Positions 12,069-23,175 of a stretch of DNA of 64,000 nucleotides are shown here, piece after piece; the stretch's first letter is position 1; each line of letters begins with the position of its first letter. The notes beneath the pieces were generated by a model. It saw nothing but the letters and a program-made list of their open reading frames with translations. It did no database searches and had not been told where the DNA came from. The position numbers were made by a program, and so were the translations under genes. Where the stretch lies: positions 62,001 to 126,000 of the forward strand of contig CBFFRP010000363.1 in the NCBI GenBank assembly GCA_965644295.1. Direction: 5' to 3'. The stretch comes from Paraphysomonas bandaiensis (taxonomy: Eukaryota > Protista > Chrysophyceae).

Positions 12069-15000
12069 ATGGCCTATTACCGTCACAGTGATAGCTCTGA
12101 TGGCGATGATGCGCATATAGCGCCCATTGAGTTCAGTGTCGCGATAGGGGTCAATAGACATCTCCACTACCGTCAAGAGAACGGAATATTCACTTTCCAG
12201 AACCCCATATACTCCACACAGCCGGTTAAGTTTGATATCGATGTGCAGTTAGGGTCAGAGATGCGTCTGAAGGATTTTCTGGCTAGTATTCCTTCGTTTT
12301 CAGACTTCTCAGAGCAGCAGCTGCTGTTACTGGAGCGGCGGGCGAGTATCAGTAAATACCAAAAGGGTGATGTTATTTTTTATCAAGGGCAGAAGGGGGA
12401 TGCGTTTTATATTGTTCACTCGGGCGCGGTGGATATAGTTATTCAGGAGGATCTCTCACTCATTGCCACCGGGGACCTCGGAAATGTTGTAAACAAACTT
12501 ACAGAAGGGTGTTATTTTGGAGAACGCGCTTTGATGACGTCAGAACCTCGTGCAGCATCTGTAAGGGCGAGTCAAAATACTGTTTGTTTGGTGTTCAGCA
12601 GACAGACTTTTGAAGATGCCATTAGTGGTAGCAATGCGCTATTGGGTAACGACATCAATGACAATGTGGACTGGTCGAAGGATCACGAAACGCGCAGCTT
12701 GTACAAGCATATTGAGAAGATATTGAAGATAGAGAAGATGGACTGCTCTATCAAAATTAGACGTATTCTCTACGAGCTGACCACAGCTTTTACCCCGGAG
12801 CTCTCGGCGGATGCAGTAATTGCCCGTATGGTGATGACTATCAAGCTGGCTCTCAAAGGCGACAGGGTAGGATTATTCATGTTGTCAGAGGACAAAAATA
12901 GCATGATATTAAAGGTATCAGAGCGTGCCAAAGGCATTCGCCTTCCAATCAAGGGTCTTGCTGGATGGGGAATTGCCAATAACAGTCCCATCAATATACC
13001 AGATGCGTATAAGGACGACAGGTTTGACTCCACGATGGATAGGCGTACCGGATATAGGACCCGACAAGTGCTAGGGGCTCCAATCAGACAACCCCTCACT
13101 GGTAAATATGTCGCTTGTATAACTGGGTGATACATCAGTAATATATTCTCGTTGTGCAGGGGAGTGTGTAGGATTGCTTCAAGTCAACAACCGCTTGGAT
13201 GGTAGTCACGATCCCTTTACTGAGGAGGAACAGGGGTTCATGGAGCTCGCCTGTGAACAGCTGTCTGACCTTCATTACGGTCGTGCAGATGTATTTGTTC
13301 ATGCCGGGCTGAAGAATGCCACTGAAGGAGAAGGAGCTGTAGTGTACACAGCTGATGTGGCCACTCCGTTCCAGGTAGAGCTGATATCTTTCAACTTCCA
13401 CCCTGGTGAGATAGTCGACCCGTCATACAAGTATTTCGAAGTTGTGGTTTCGTTGCACCTGGGGGTGAGTCAACTCTGTCACCCTAGATCAGTCGTGGTA
13501 GAAGTTCCTGTTGAGGGTGGATCGCACCGTCGACCTAGCGTGGTGAGAAATACGGGCGAGATGTCCATCAATTTGCGACACAGACTCATATTCAACATAT
13601 CCACCTGCAACCTTCCCCGAGCGGCACGTATTCATTTCCGTGTAGGAGGAAGTAAGAAGAAAAAGGGGCCATTTTTGCCTGTGGGCTGGGCGGCATCACC
13701 AGTATTCGATTTTAGGGGTTACATGGACTGCCAGGTGTCCACCTCTCTGTTCGAGGGTGACAATGAGGTGCCGATCAACACCACACTATCCAACACGCAT
13801 AACGACAGGGCCCCAAGCTTATCTACGGTGCTCTGTGCTGACCTTCTACTCGCCTCGACGTCATCTCCCAGTGTGGCAGTTGTACACAGTCTTCCACCAC
13901 CCCGGTCCACATCTCTGCAGGCGAGATGTGATCTCACTGAAAGCGATCGCCCAGAGCTGGAGCGTATCCTCTTGTTATCCTTCAACCCTATGAGTAACTC
14001 TATAATGACCGCAGAGGACAAAGCTTTTTTATGGGATCTTCGATACAGTATCATGGATAGGCCAGAACTACTGGCAGCATTCCTCATGAGTGTGCAGTGG
14101 CAGAACGCGGAGCATGTACAGGAGGTAGGTGTCAACTAGGTACTGCAATATTCCTCTTATACTGTGGCAGGTATATGAGCAACTTGATCTTTGGGAACCT
14201 CCACTACCTGCACAAGCCTTGCAATTACTTGACCGCCGTTTCATGGATCCCAAGGTTCGCGCGTTTGCTGTTCACTGCCTTGAGGAATTAGATGACGATG
14301 AATTGGCTCTCTACATGCTTCAACTCTGTCAACAGCTTAAATTCGAGAATTACGCAGACTCGGCCCTCAGTAGATTCCTCTTACGGCGGTCTCTCACGAA
14401 CAAGAGGCTTATAGGACATATATTCTTCTGGCAGCTTCAGTCTGAGATATATAATGTAGACGTCAGACAGCGATTTATTATTCTCTTACAGGTGAATTAT
14501 TTTTTGTAATAATCTAACTGCAATGATAACATGGTTATGGCTAGATCTATATTCGCAATTGCGGACACCACAGAATTGAATTAGGTCATCAAATGTTTGT
14601 TATGAAGAGACTGGAGAATGTTGCCGAGAATGTGAAGCGAGGTGAATCTAAATCTGACCGCCTCAGTATACTTCGAGAGCATCTGAGGAAGACTGTTCTC
14701 CCAAAGGAATTTCAGCTGCCATTGAACCCTCACATTAAGGTGTGTTTTTGCCGAATTCAGTATTGCGTTTGTTGGGTGGAGATTATGATATTCGAATATA
14801 TTTGATGTGTGCTTATGTTTTGTACTCTAAATCAGGTGCGCGGTATCGATGTTGAAGAGTGTAAGGTTATGGAGAGCAAGAAGAAGCCCTTATGGCTCAA
14901 TATGATCAACGCGAAGCCAGCATCCCCAAACATTGTGCTGATGCTCAAGGTGGGAGACGACTTGCGACAAGACATACTGATTTTGCAGTTGCTACGCGTA

Positions 15001-15993
15001 ATGGACGATATTTGGCGCAAGGAGGGGCTCGAAATGGAGATGATGCTTTATGACTGCATATCTACAGGGTTTGAAAGAGGCCTACTTCAGGTGCGAATGG
15101 TATTTGCTGTAGTCATCTCACATTAAGTGCTAAATACAGGTTGTTCAAAACGCTACAACCCTGGGTCGGATTTTAATGGATGCTACCAACAAGAAGAGCT
15201 CTGGTAAATTGGGTAGGAAGTTCGGGTCAGCCATGAAGGCTTTAAAAGACTTTGATGTGCTCAAAAACTGGATATGGGAGCAGGTAGGGTGATGTACATA
15301 GTGTGCTGAATTATTTGGCGATTGACCGGTCTCACATTTCACAATTGGGGTGTGTAGATATGTGACTCGATGGACGACGCAGATGAAGTAGGGAAGCAAC
15401 AGGAGCTTGAAAAGTATGTTAACTGTAAATATTTTGTGTTTGGGCATCATCTGTTCTTCTCCATGACACTTACTGATACGTTAATTAAATTGAACAGGCG
15501 AACGCAAAACTTTATAATATCAACAGCTGCATATTGCGTGGCGAGTTATGTCCTCGGGTTGGGCGACCGCCATAATGACAACCTTATGATGACAAAGAGT
15601 GGACATTTTTTCCACATCGACTTCGGCCATATTCTAGGTAACTTTAAGTACAAGATGGGTGTTAAAAGAGAGCGGGCACCATTCGTGTTCACCCATGCTA
15701 TGAAAGCAGTGATGCGCGATGACCAGTTCGAGCAGTTTGTGGACCTTTGTATCGATGTGTACAACATACTACGAGAGAACGCTATGTTGCTGGTGTCTCT
15801 ATGCTCGCTGGCAATACCTTGCAATCTCCCCGAGTTGCAGGAGGAGAAGGATGTGATGTGGCTATACGATAAGCTAATGGTCAATGCTACAGATGAAGAA
15901 GCGGGCGACCATTTCAGAGAGCAACTTATGGTGAGTCTTAACACTAAGGGTACCAGGATCAATGACGCCGCGCATATGCTCAAGCATGCGTAG
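12069..15993 (+). CDS. Class-I-like phosphoinositide 3-kinase with N-terminal cNMP-binding and GAF domains (about 1154 aa)
   Basis: Exons 12069-13101, 13160-14124, 14171-14491, 14545-14739, 14836-15090, 15140-15283, 15358-15413 and 15498-15993 join in frame (3465 nt). cNMP: FGERALMTSEPRAASVRA. GAF: NIPDAYKDDRFDSTMDRRTGYRT...GLLQVNNR...FTEEE. C2: CNLPRAARIHF, VGWA. Helical: ALQLLD...VRAFAV...LQLCQQLKFE. Kinase: MESKKKPLWL, KVGDDLRQD, GLGDRHNDN, HIDFGH, KRERAPF. Confidence 0.93.
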
Positions 15994-16576
15994 TGAGCTG
16001 GTTTCTATAGTCTACATCTATAGCATTCTGTGTTGCTGTTTCTTTGTTGCCTATGAGCGTATACATCTTAGAGGAACAGTGTTTGTGATTGCGTCGTTGT
16101 GTATTAGTGAGTCGCCATGTTATAAAATTGAACTTAACGATGTACGATATGAATACTAGTACATGCACTATGTCATCTGTACTTATCTAGTATTTTCTAT
16201 TTTCTAAGCGCCACCTATCTAGTCGAGCACTACCCTACTACTAATTTACAATTTACAGCATTTCCTCTTTTTATGAAAGAATAATGAGAATTCACCATTA
16301 TATATTAATGTAACACATGCCGAAGGGTAAGCAAACACTAGTAGGAATAAATTACTCATATACAGACACGATGAAATTAATTGCACTTGCGGCTTCTTTG
16401 CTGTCGAATTTACTGTATGTACAGCACATACTACAACGCATAAATACAGTTACCATACTCCGCTATAGAATCACTACCCCATGTGTACTCAGAATAAAAT
16501 GATTGCTCAAAAGAATTCCGCAAGTTAAAGTGAGAGAGATCGCAGTTTAATAATATATCAATTTTAAAGTAAAATT

Positions 16577-17653
16577 CTATAAAGCTCTCTCCGCAAAGTG
16601 CAATAATTCAAACGCTACTTCTACAGCGATCAAACCAATAATGCACCACTCCAACGAAAGTGAGTGTTTTTCACTCAAGTAGTCTTTCAGGAGCTCAGCA
16701 ATATCATTCGCGTAGTCTAACTTCTTATTCAGGGTATCAACTCGTTTCTTGATATCCAGTTCATCAGATATGGCGGAGAAATGTCCCTCCAGCGTACCGT
16801 AGTTCCAATAGAGATCAGGAGTCTCACTTAGTCCCGAATGGAAATTCAGTACAGATCTATACTGCAATAATTCGCCTAGCTTGCTCAGAGCATCAGTCCG
16901 TGTGAAAGATATTCTGTGACCCCTTTTCAACGTCTCAGGAACATCCTTAATGCTTTCGAGAAAATTGTCCATCTGTGCTTCTAGCACTGCCAGCTTCACA
17001 GAGTTCGCAATGCCATGGGAAAATGCAAGTTGATCGAGGGAGATATTCTGCTCTGATTGAGCCCCACCAATAAGCATCAAACTTTCTGCTTGCGGAATAA
17101 AGACGGAATGTTCGCGTTCTCCAACCAGTGCGTAGTCGATTTCCTCAAACTCACACTCTGCTACTGGACTCACTTCAAATCGACGTAGTTCCTCGCGAAT
17201 TGAAGTGAACTCCTTCCAATCTGTGTTCCAGGCAACGAATGCCCCCATTTCGAAAACAAAGCATTCCTTACCATCCATGTGTGAGAACCGCAGGACCTCA
17301 CCCCCATACATATGACAGGTTTCATACTCATCAGAATAATGAGCAAACAATGCAGCAAGATCATAATGGTCGGCGGAACATACCGCATGTACAGTCTTAC
17401 GGTCCTCTGGAGGTATGCCGGGAATGCCGTCATACATCCCCAGTAGCATCTCCTCCCCATGGCTGCCCTTCTCAACCTTACGTATAGTCTTCGCCTTCTT
17501 CCTCACCCCTGACTTAGTCTTGATCTTCGGTGGTCCTGGAGAGGTTGGGATGCATAGATTACGAGAGAGGAGGTGTGTAGGAGCGTATATATGAGTGAGA
17601 GCTCGAGAGGGTCTGATAGATGAATAAATACGAGAGAGAGACAGACGATACAT
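16577..17653 (-). CDS. RMND1: RMND1/Rmd1-family (DUF155) mitochondrial protein
   Basis: R/S-rich targeting-like N-terminus; VCSADHYDL, FVFEMGAFVAWN, LAFSHGIANSVKLAVLE, ETPDLYW, LDIKKRVDTLNKKLDY, HSLSLEWCIIGLIAVEV. Single exon. Confidence 0.88.
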   Translation of the reverse strand: MYRLSLSRIYSSIRPSRALTHIYAPTHLLSRNLCIPTSPGPPKIKTKSGVRKKAKTIRKVEKGSHGEEMLLGMYDGIPGIPPEDRKTVHAVCSADHYDLAALFAHYSDEYETCHMYGGEVLRFSHMDGKECFVFEMGAFVAWNTDWKEFTSIREELRRFEVSPVAECEFEEIDYALVGEREHSVFIPQAESLMLIGGAQSEQNISLDQLAFSHGIANSVKLAVLEAQMDNFLESIKDVPETLKRGHRISFTRTDALSKLGELLQYRSVLNFHSGLSETPDLYWNYGTLEGHFSAISDELDIKKRVDTLNKKLDYANDIAELLKDYLSEKHSLSLEWCIIGLIAVEVAFELLHFAERAL

Positions 17654-18597
17654 ATGAGAGTTAATGAGGAGTATTGGACATGGGGATAGGATGAGTATGT
17701 GTGTTATATGGTGGGAGGGGCCATAGTGTTGATTGTGTATGTAGAGTTCGGCTATGTGAGTTATGTATGTATGTATGAACACCTCTCAGCTATGCAACAC
17801 GTACATAATACATACATACTGCTGTACATACATACATATACGACTGTACATAGAGGGCCTTTCCATACAGCCATACATATATCTCCTGCTGTACTGCTGT
17901 ATATACTGCTGTACCATATGGACCAATTCAATGGAGTTGGTATGACTGATTTTTGTCACAGATGACAACTGTTTTTGGTATGATATCCAATCAGTACATG
18001 TTATAAACGGATGATTCGATGAGATTAAAAGCGATTACCACCGAGAGTACAAAGAAAATTCTTCAAAAATTCTTCCCTTCCTTGTCATCTAGATTTTTTT
18101 TTGAAAAATTATTTAGCCCGCACCGCAGGTGCGGGATCCCGCACCCTTGTTTTTACACAAAGGCCGCACAGCAAGTGCGCCCATCGAGTGATCCAATCAG
18201 CAGAGTGCATCATAGCATAGTGCATCATATCACATGCATCGAGTATATGTATATAGTAATATGACGAGGCAGCCATATGCAGCAGATACACGTTAATGAG
18301 TGCTTGAATGATAGGTGATAACATGTTGCTACCATCTTATTTCATGAAACTGTGAGATGAGATATGCAGTTACTGGACGAGGTTTATAAGGCTGTATGGA
18401 GAGGAACTGTGAAGGGCTGTATATTATGGTATGAAGTGATTTGATATGGATATCAATGATTGAATTCCAGGTGGGAGCATCATGCTCCCATCATCCTATT
18501 TAAAGTGTCAGGTATGTAGAGAGATGAGAAGTGGTACATTTGAAGGAATAGAAGGCTGTATATCATGCATGCACTATGTTGTGTGATGGTATATGAT

Positions 18598-19347
18598 ATG
18601 CTGAATGTTGTCATGGTTTATTATGCTGTTGTAGGCGCAATGACGTTTATACTTACCGGTGCAAGAGGGATGCCTAAGCGACACAAGCGCCCGGCTGCCC
18701 CTGTACCATCTTGCAGTGAATATGTGTCATGTTGTGTAAGGGTATGCAGTATGGCTGTATGTGATAAGAATTCTGAACGGTGTGGAATAATAAAATGCTG
18801 AAGGCTGTGATGGTTTATTATGCTGTTGTAGGCGCAATGACGTTTATACTTACCGGTGCAAGAGGGATGCCTAAGCGACACAAGCGCCCGGCTGCCCCTG
18901 TTCCATCTTGCAGTGAATATGTGTCATGTTGTGTAAGGGTATGCAGTATGGCTGTATGTGATAAGAATTCTGAACGGTGTGGAATAATAAAATGCTGAAC
19001 GCTGTGATGGTTGATTATACTGTTGTATGCTCTGTAAATAATGATACGATGTATTCCAATTACTAATGAATCATTAATTATAAGGGTACAGTATAAAAAG
19101 TTGATGGAGTGGTTATAAATGAATACATATAGGCATTCTACAGATTACTAACATCAGACTGTGTCGAATAATAAAATGCTGCACGCTGTAATGGTTGATT
19201 ATACTGTTGTATGCTCTGTAAATAATGATACGATGTATTCCAATTACTAATGAATCATTAATTATAAGGGTACATTATAAAAAGTTGATGGAGTGGTTAT
19301 AAATGAATACATATATTGGCATTCTACAGATTACTAACATCAGACTG
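18598..19347. repeat. Compound tandem duplication: two 197-bp units followed by two ~184-bp units sharing a head motif
   Basis: ATGCTG(A/C)A heads at 18598, 18795, 18992 and 19176; near-identical copies readable directly. Confidence 0.9.
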
Positions 19348-20247
19348 AAGTTTCCTTTTCTTTGTCCTTGGAATAATGTTACCATCACTGTCCCTTCGTG
19401 CACTCATTGCATCATATATACTGTTTATGTATTTCTTAGAGGCTTTTTTTTTGGGGTGAAACTTGTCGTAATTTTCCTGACCAAATAAATCAACAATAAC
19501 ACGCAATTCAACCTTTTCAGCTATGCATTTTAAATTACTCTTCCATTCTCTGTACGAAGTAGACTGACTTGCCATACAGGGTTTCGGCTCATCAAGAAAA
19601 CGTTTCTCGTCATCGTACAATAGGCCGAGTCCTTTAGTCAATACTCGATTTAGTTTTTTCTGTTTGTTGACGTTGTCTACCATAGGGTATACAGTAAATC
19701 ATAGATATGTGAAGTATGTCCACTTACCGGAGAAATCAGATGCCCGATGTATAATGTATTCACCTATGCGCTTCATTAGTTCTTTCCCCACTGGACTTGT
19801 TTTCTCTGATATACGCACTCCTTGTGCGATACACCGCTTGATAATATGCTTTGATACTGCCGCTCTCACATCTTTGTACCACAGCTCATTGGAGCTGCTT
19901 AATAACTCATTTCTTTTAAATCGCTTCGTCAGCGCAGTCTTCGTGTCTGACAAATACTGCCAAGCAGTACCTAGGGTCAAAGGCTTCTTCGTTGTTCCAT
20001 GGACGGCGTGATCGATCAAAAAGCCACCGAAACATTGAAATAGTTCTACATTTATATCACTGTCTATGAGTTCCTTATACCTCTTCTTCCCGTCGAACCG
20101 CATCTCCAAGTACTTCGCAAACTGAGCTAACGCAGAGGAGTTACGATTTTTGGTTTCCCCATCACCGACTTTTCTAATGCCCCCTGTGGTAGTTGATTCC
20201 GTGGTAGTTGATTCCGTGGTAGTTGATTCCGTGGTAGTTGATTCCAT
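19324..20247 (-). mobile_element. Crypton-like (tyrosine-recombinase transposon-derived) two-exon ORF, catalytic domain apparently missing
   Basis: FGGFLIDHA...PLTLGTAWQYLSDTKTAL...WYKDVR...KRCIAQG...SEKTSPV resembles, from memory, the N-terminal core-binding region of stramenopile CryptonS proteins. Intron 19727-19677 (GTAAGT...GGTAG) joins the 19324-19683 ORF in frame. (ESTTT)x4 15-bp repeat at about 20186-20245. Confidence 0.45.
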
Positions 20248-20720
20248 GCTACTATGATATGTTCTCGCTGTTATTATGTTCTGTATGTATGATACCATGC
20301 TGTGATGAGAGAGCTCCTCCTTCAACACCCACCTCCCTGGATCTATTACTCACCAGCAACACCATACATACCACTGGTCACTCATCATCACCACTTATAT
20401 AGTTCCACACCATTATGGTGCGGGCTTGAGTACGGTACCTTCCACATTTTACAGAAAAAAACATGTGGCAGTCTGCCGGTCTGATGAGGGGGGAAACACA
20501 CGCACTTGAAGTCGATCGTATGACTCGGTGAAGTAGCCTCGAACTGCAAGTGTAGATTCCCATACATAAGACCTTGATATGAGCGGTTGGTGAGTGTTAC
20601 CATGCATCACTGACGCACTTGGACATAACATGCGACAAAGAACCTTACCACTATACCGTTCAATCTCGACAACATCACTTTCATTTTACAACACCTTGAA
20701 AGGAGAATCGAGACATCGAT

Positions 20721-21002
20721 ATGACCATTGCTTGCAATCCGTGTTGCACCATGACCTCTTGTGCTTATGACCACGACTCCTTCATATTCGAATGGGACGA
20801 AATGCCAGAAGTGAAGTCGAATAAAAAAGTCCGTTTTGCGGAAACATCTATAGTCGTTTTGACAGCTTCAAGACGTGAGTATAAGCAGGCAGGTGTGAAT
20901 ATGTGGTGGAGTCGGAGCGAATTGAGACAATTCTACAGAGACTACTGCTACGAAGTCAGCAATATGAGATCGAAATCGAGTGGTACGAATGTGGAGAGTT
21001 GA
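20721..21002 (+). CDS. Small hypothetical protein with an RVxF-type (KKVRF) PP1-docking motif
   Basis: 93-aa ATG ORF; KKVRFAETSIVVL..SRREY....MWWSRSELRQF. Preceded by TCACTTTCATTTT about 45 nt upstream. Confidence 0.55.
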   Translation: MTIACNPCCTMTSCAYDHDSFIFEWDEMPEVKSNKKVRFAETSIVVLTASRREYKQAGVNMWWSRSELRQFYRDYCYEVSNMRSKSSGTNVES

Positions 21003-21185
21003 CCTGTTCAGAGAGAGTACCACTTATCGCTGTGATAGCACTATCACAGCATATATACATATTCCCCGTATGCGATGATTTTATGCGATATATGATATAT
21101 TCGTAATGTTCTCGCTGATTATTGTACGGCATATATTCATTATTTACTATTTTCACACGATAATAATTTTGATTACATCTATTTA

Positions 21186-21551
21186 TGAAAGACTATTTAT
21201 TAGCAATAGGCGTCGAGAAGCAGCACCAGATAAGTAGCTAGGTGAAAACTAGTCAAGCCAGATAGACTTCTGCATGTAACTAACTAGTACTAATTCTCAT
21301 ATCCTACTATTCCGTTCTGTATGTGAGGGAGAAGACCACTATGGGTGTGAGTCGGGTGTGAGTCCTGGAAGTGCAGATAGGGTTAGTTATTGGGGCGTCC
21401 CTTGGGGTAGGACTCTGCTGGGCTTTGTGAAGGCACAGGATTCTGAACGAGTGAGTCGAGTGTACCTAGCCTGAGAAACATGGGCGTGGGGGTGGATTGG
21501 GGAGCCATCGTGTCTGAACTCCACAAGTAGTGGTGGGGTATTGGTTCAACA
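21186..21551. mobile_element. Dispersed LTR-like repeat, copy 2
   Basis: TGAAAGACTATTTATTAGCAATAGG start; homology to copy 1 extends to about 21520. Read on the minus strand it runs TGTTGAACC...CTTTCA, the TG...CA LTR pattern. Confidence 0.55.
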
Positions 21552-21589
21552 TACATACCTTACAATTAAAGTAGGTCATTCCTATGTAG

Positions 21590-22260
21590 ACTACACCTCT
21601 CCGTAGATGCTGATATTGCTCAAAACCCTACCTTCGAAAAAGCCATTGTGAAGATTCAGAATAGATAGGAGGAATCTCTGACTCGTCAAGAGAGAGAGCA
21701 GCGGTTGCGAGACTTCGAAAGAATACAGAGGAGCTGATTCACTGGATAGGGCTGTCGAAGCGGCAAATGTAAGAAATGCTGCTGCTTTTGAAAGCCATAG
21801 AGCCAGCCAGAAGTTACGACGACAGCTTGACACGAAGTATCGATTGATCAAGCACATATATAGTACAACAAACGTTGCGGTGCGGTTGTTCAGCAGAGCC
21901 AAGATTATCATGACACATTTGCGACAAGGAATGACCCCACAACGCCTCGAACTACTGCTGTGTTCTTTCGTTTCAACAAGCACTTGTGGACCGCAAAGAC
22001 AGTGCAACAAGTCATCGATGATGGGCTGTCCGATCATAAGAATGAGGACGACAGCGACGAAGAGTTGGAACACTTAGAGTATTACTTGCCATATTGTTAT
22101 TGAGTTTTCACTATTATGTTGTAACCTCTACTAACTAGTTACTACCGATCGAGCTCATTTCTTCTTAGCGCCCAAAATATATCAACATTTAATAATTATT
22201 ATTGGTCTGAAAATATTATTATACTGGCAATATATTGCAAAATATTGCTGACTGGCCCTG
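21590..22260 (+). pseudogene. Decayed hAT-like DNA transposon: C-terminal dimerisation region plus 3' terminus
   Basis: PTFEKAIVKIQ(stop)...KHIYSTTNVAVRLFSRAKIIMTHLRQGMTPQRLELLL then a frameshift to FFRFNKHLW, the hAT dimerisation pattern. The end has repeated AATATT motifs and ...GGCCCTG (a CAGGG terminal inverted repeat in reverse) at 22256-22260. Confidence 0.7.
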
Positions 22261-23175
22261 GTATTAACATACTTCATCCATGCTTCTCTATTTAAATTCC
22301 ATACCCACATTTAGCTTTTCTTCTCACTTGATTATTTAATATATTATAAACTTTTTGCCAGTATCTCTTCAAATATTTAAACTATTTTGTATTATATAGC
22401 TGGCAATCAACCACACCATTTTAAATACGATACTCCAGGGCTGAAGGTAACTTACCCACTTACCCCATGATAAGCAAATACCAGGTTATTTAAATCGGAA
22501 GTTTATGGTAGTTGGTGAGCTATCATTGTGTAGTTGGTTATTATCAACGGGTAAACATGGAGCTATATAATCCCGGTGGCTTTACGAGTGTTCTACTGTA
22601 CCAACAGCAGGTCTGAAAAACTCATTTTGAGATGAAATAGATATATCATATATCATAGCTAATTTTAGTTTTAGTACCCATATCAAAATAACTGAGGTAG
22701 AGTGAAATAAAAATGTTGAGCAGTGGTGTCAACGTGCTAACATAAAGCACTGCTCCACCCTTTATTCTTTATTCGCAGCTACTAATACAGTAGCAATCAA
22801 TCCATGGCTTGAATAAGCACATTGTATGAACAAGTAGTTGATACGAAAACGTATAAAATCATTTGATTGAATATCATTGCAGTGCTGTAATTCGCCGTAG
22901 GATAACGCTATTCTAGTCGCAACCTCTCTTCCAAACAACTGGAAAGGAATTATATACATTCGACTCAAAATTGCAGGGTGAAGGTATTATAAAAATAAAT
23001 TTAAAAAAACATATAATTCTCTAAATTTAATATATGTGAGCGATAATGAGGTGTCAAACAAAACCAAATGTATCACAGCATGGAAGGCTATCAATGTAAT
23101 GTATATGATATACAGAAATTTAGAAAATTTCATAGATGTAGTGTGCAAATCCATAAAGACATACAAAGTCACACT

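Noticed and set aside
16577-17782. 401-aa version of RMND1
   Set aside because: The extension runs through TA/CA-rich promoter-like DNA; the ATG at 17653 gives a plausible mitochondrial targeting peptide.
18598-19347. Possible CRISPR-like array
   Set aside because: Units are 184-197 bp whole-unit duplications without unique spacers; no cas genes; eukaryotic context.
21591-22073. 160-aa hydrophobic minus-strand ORF
   Set aside because: Antisense to the hAT transposase relic.
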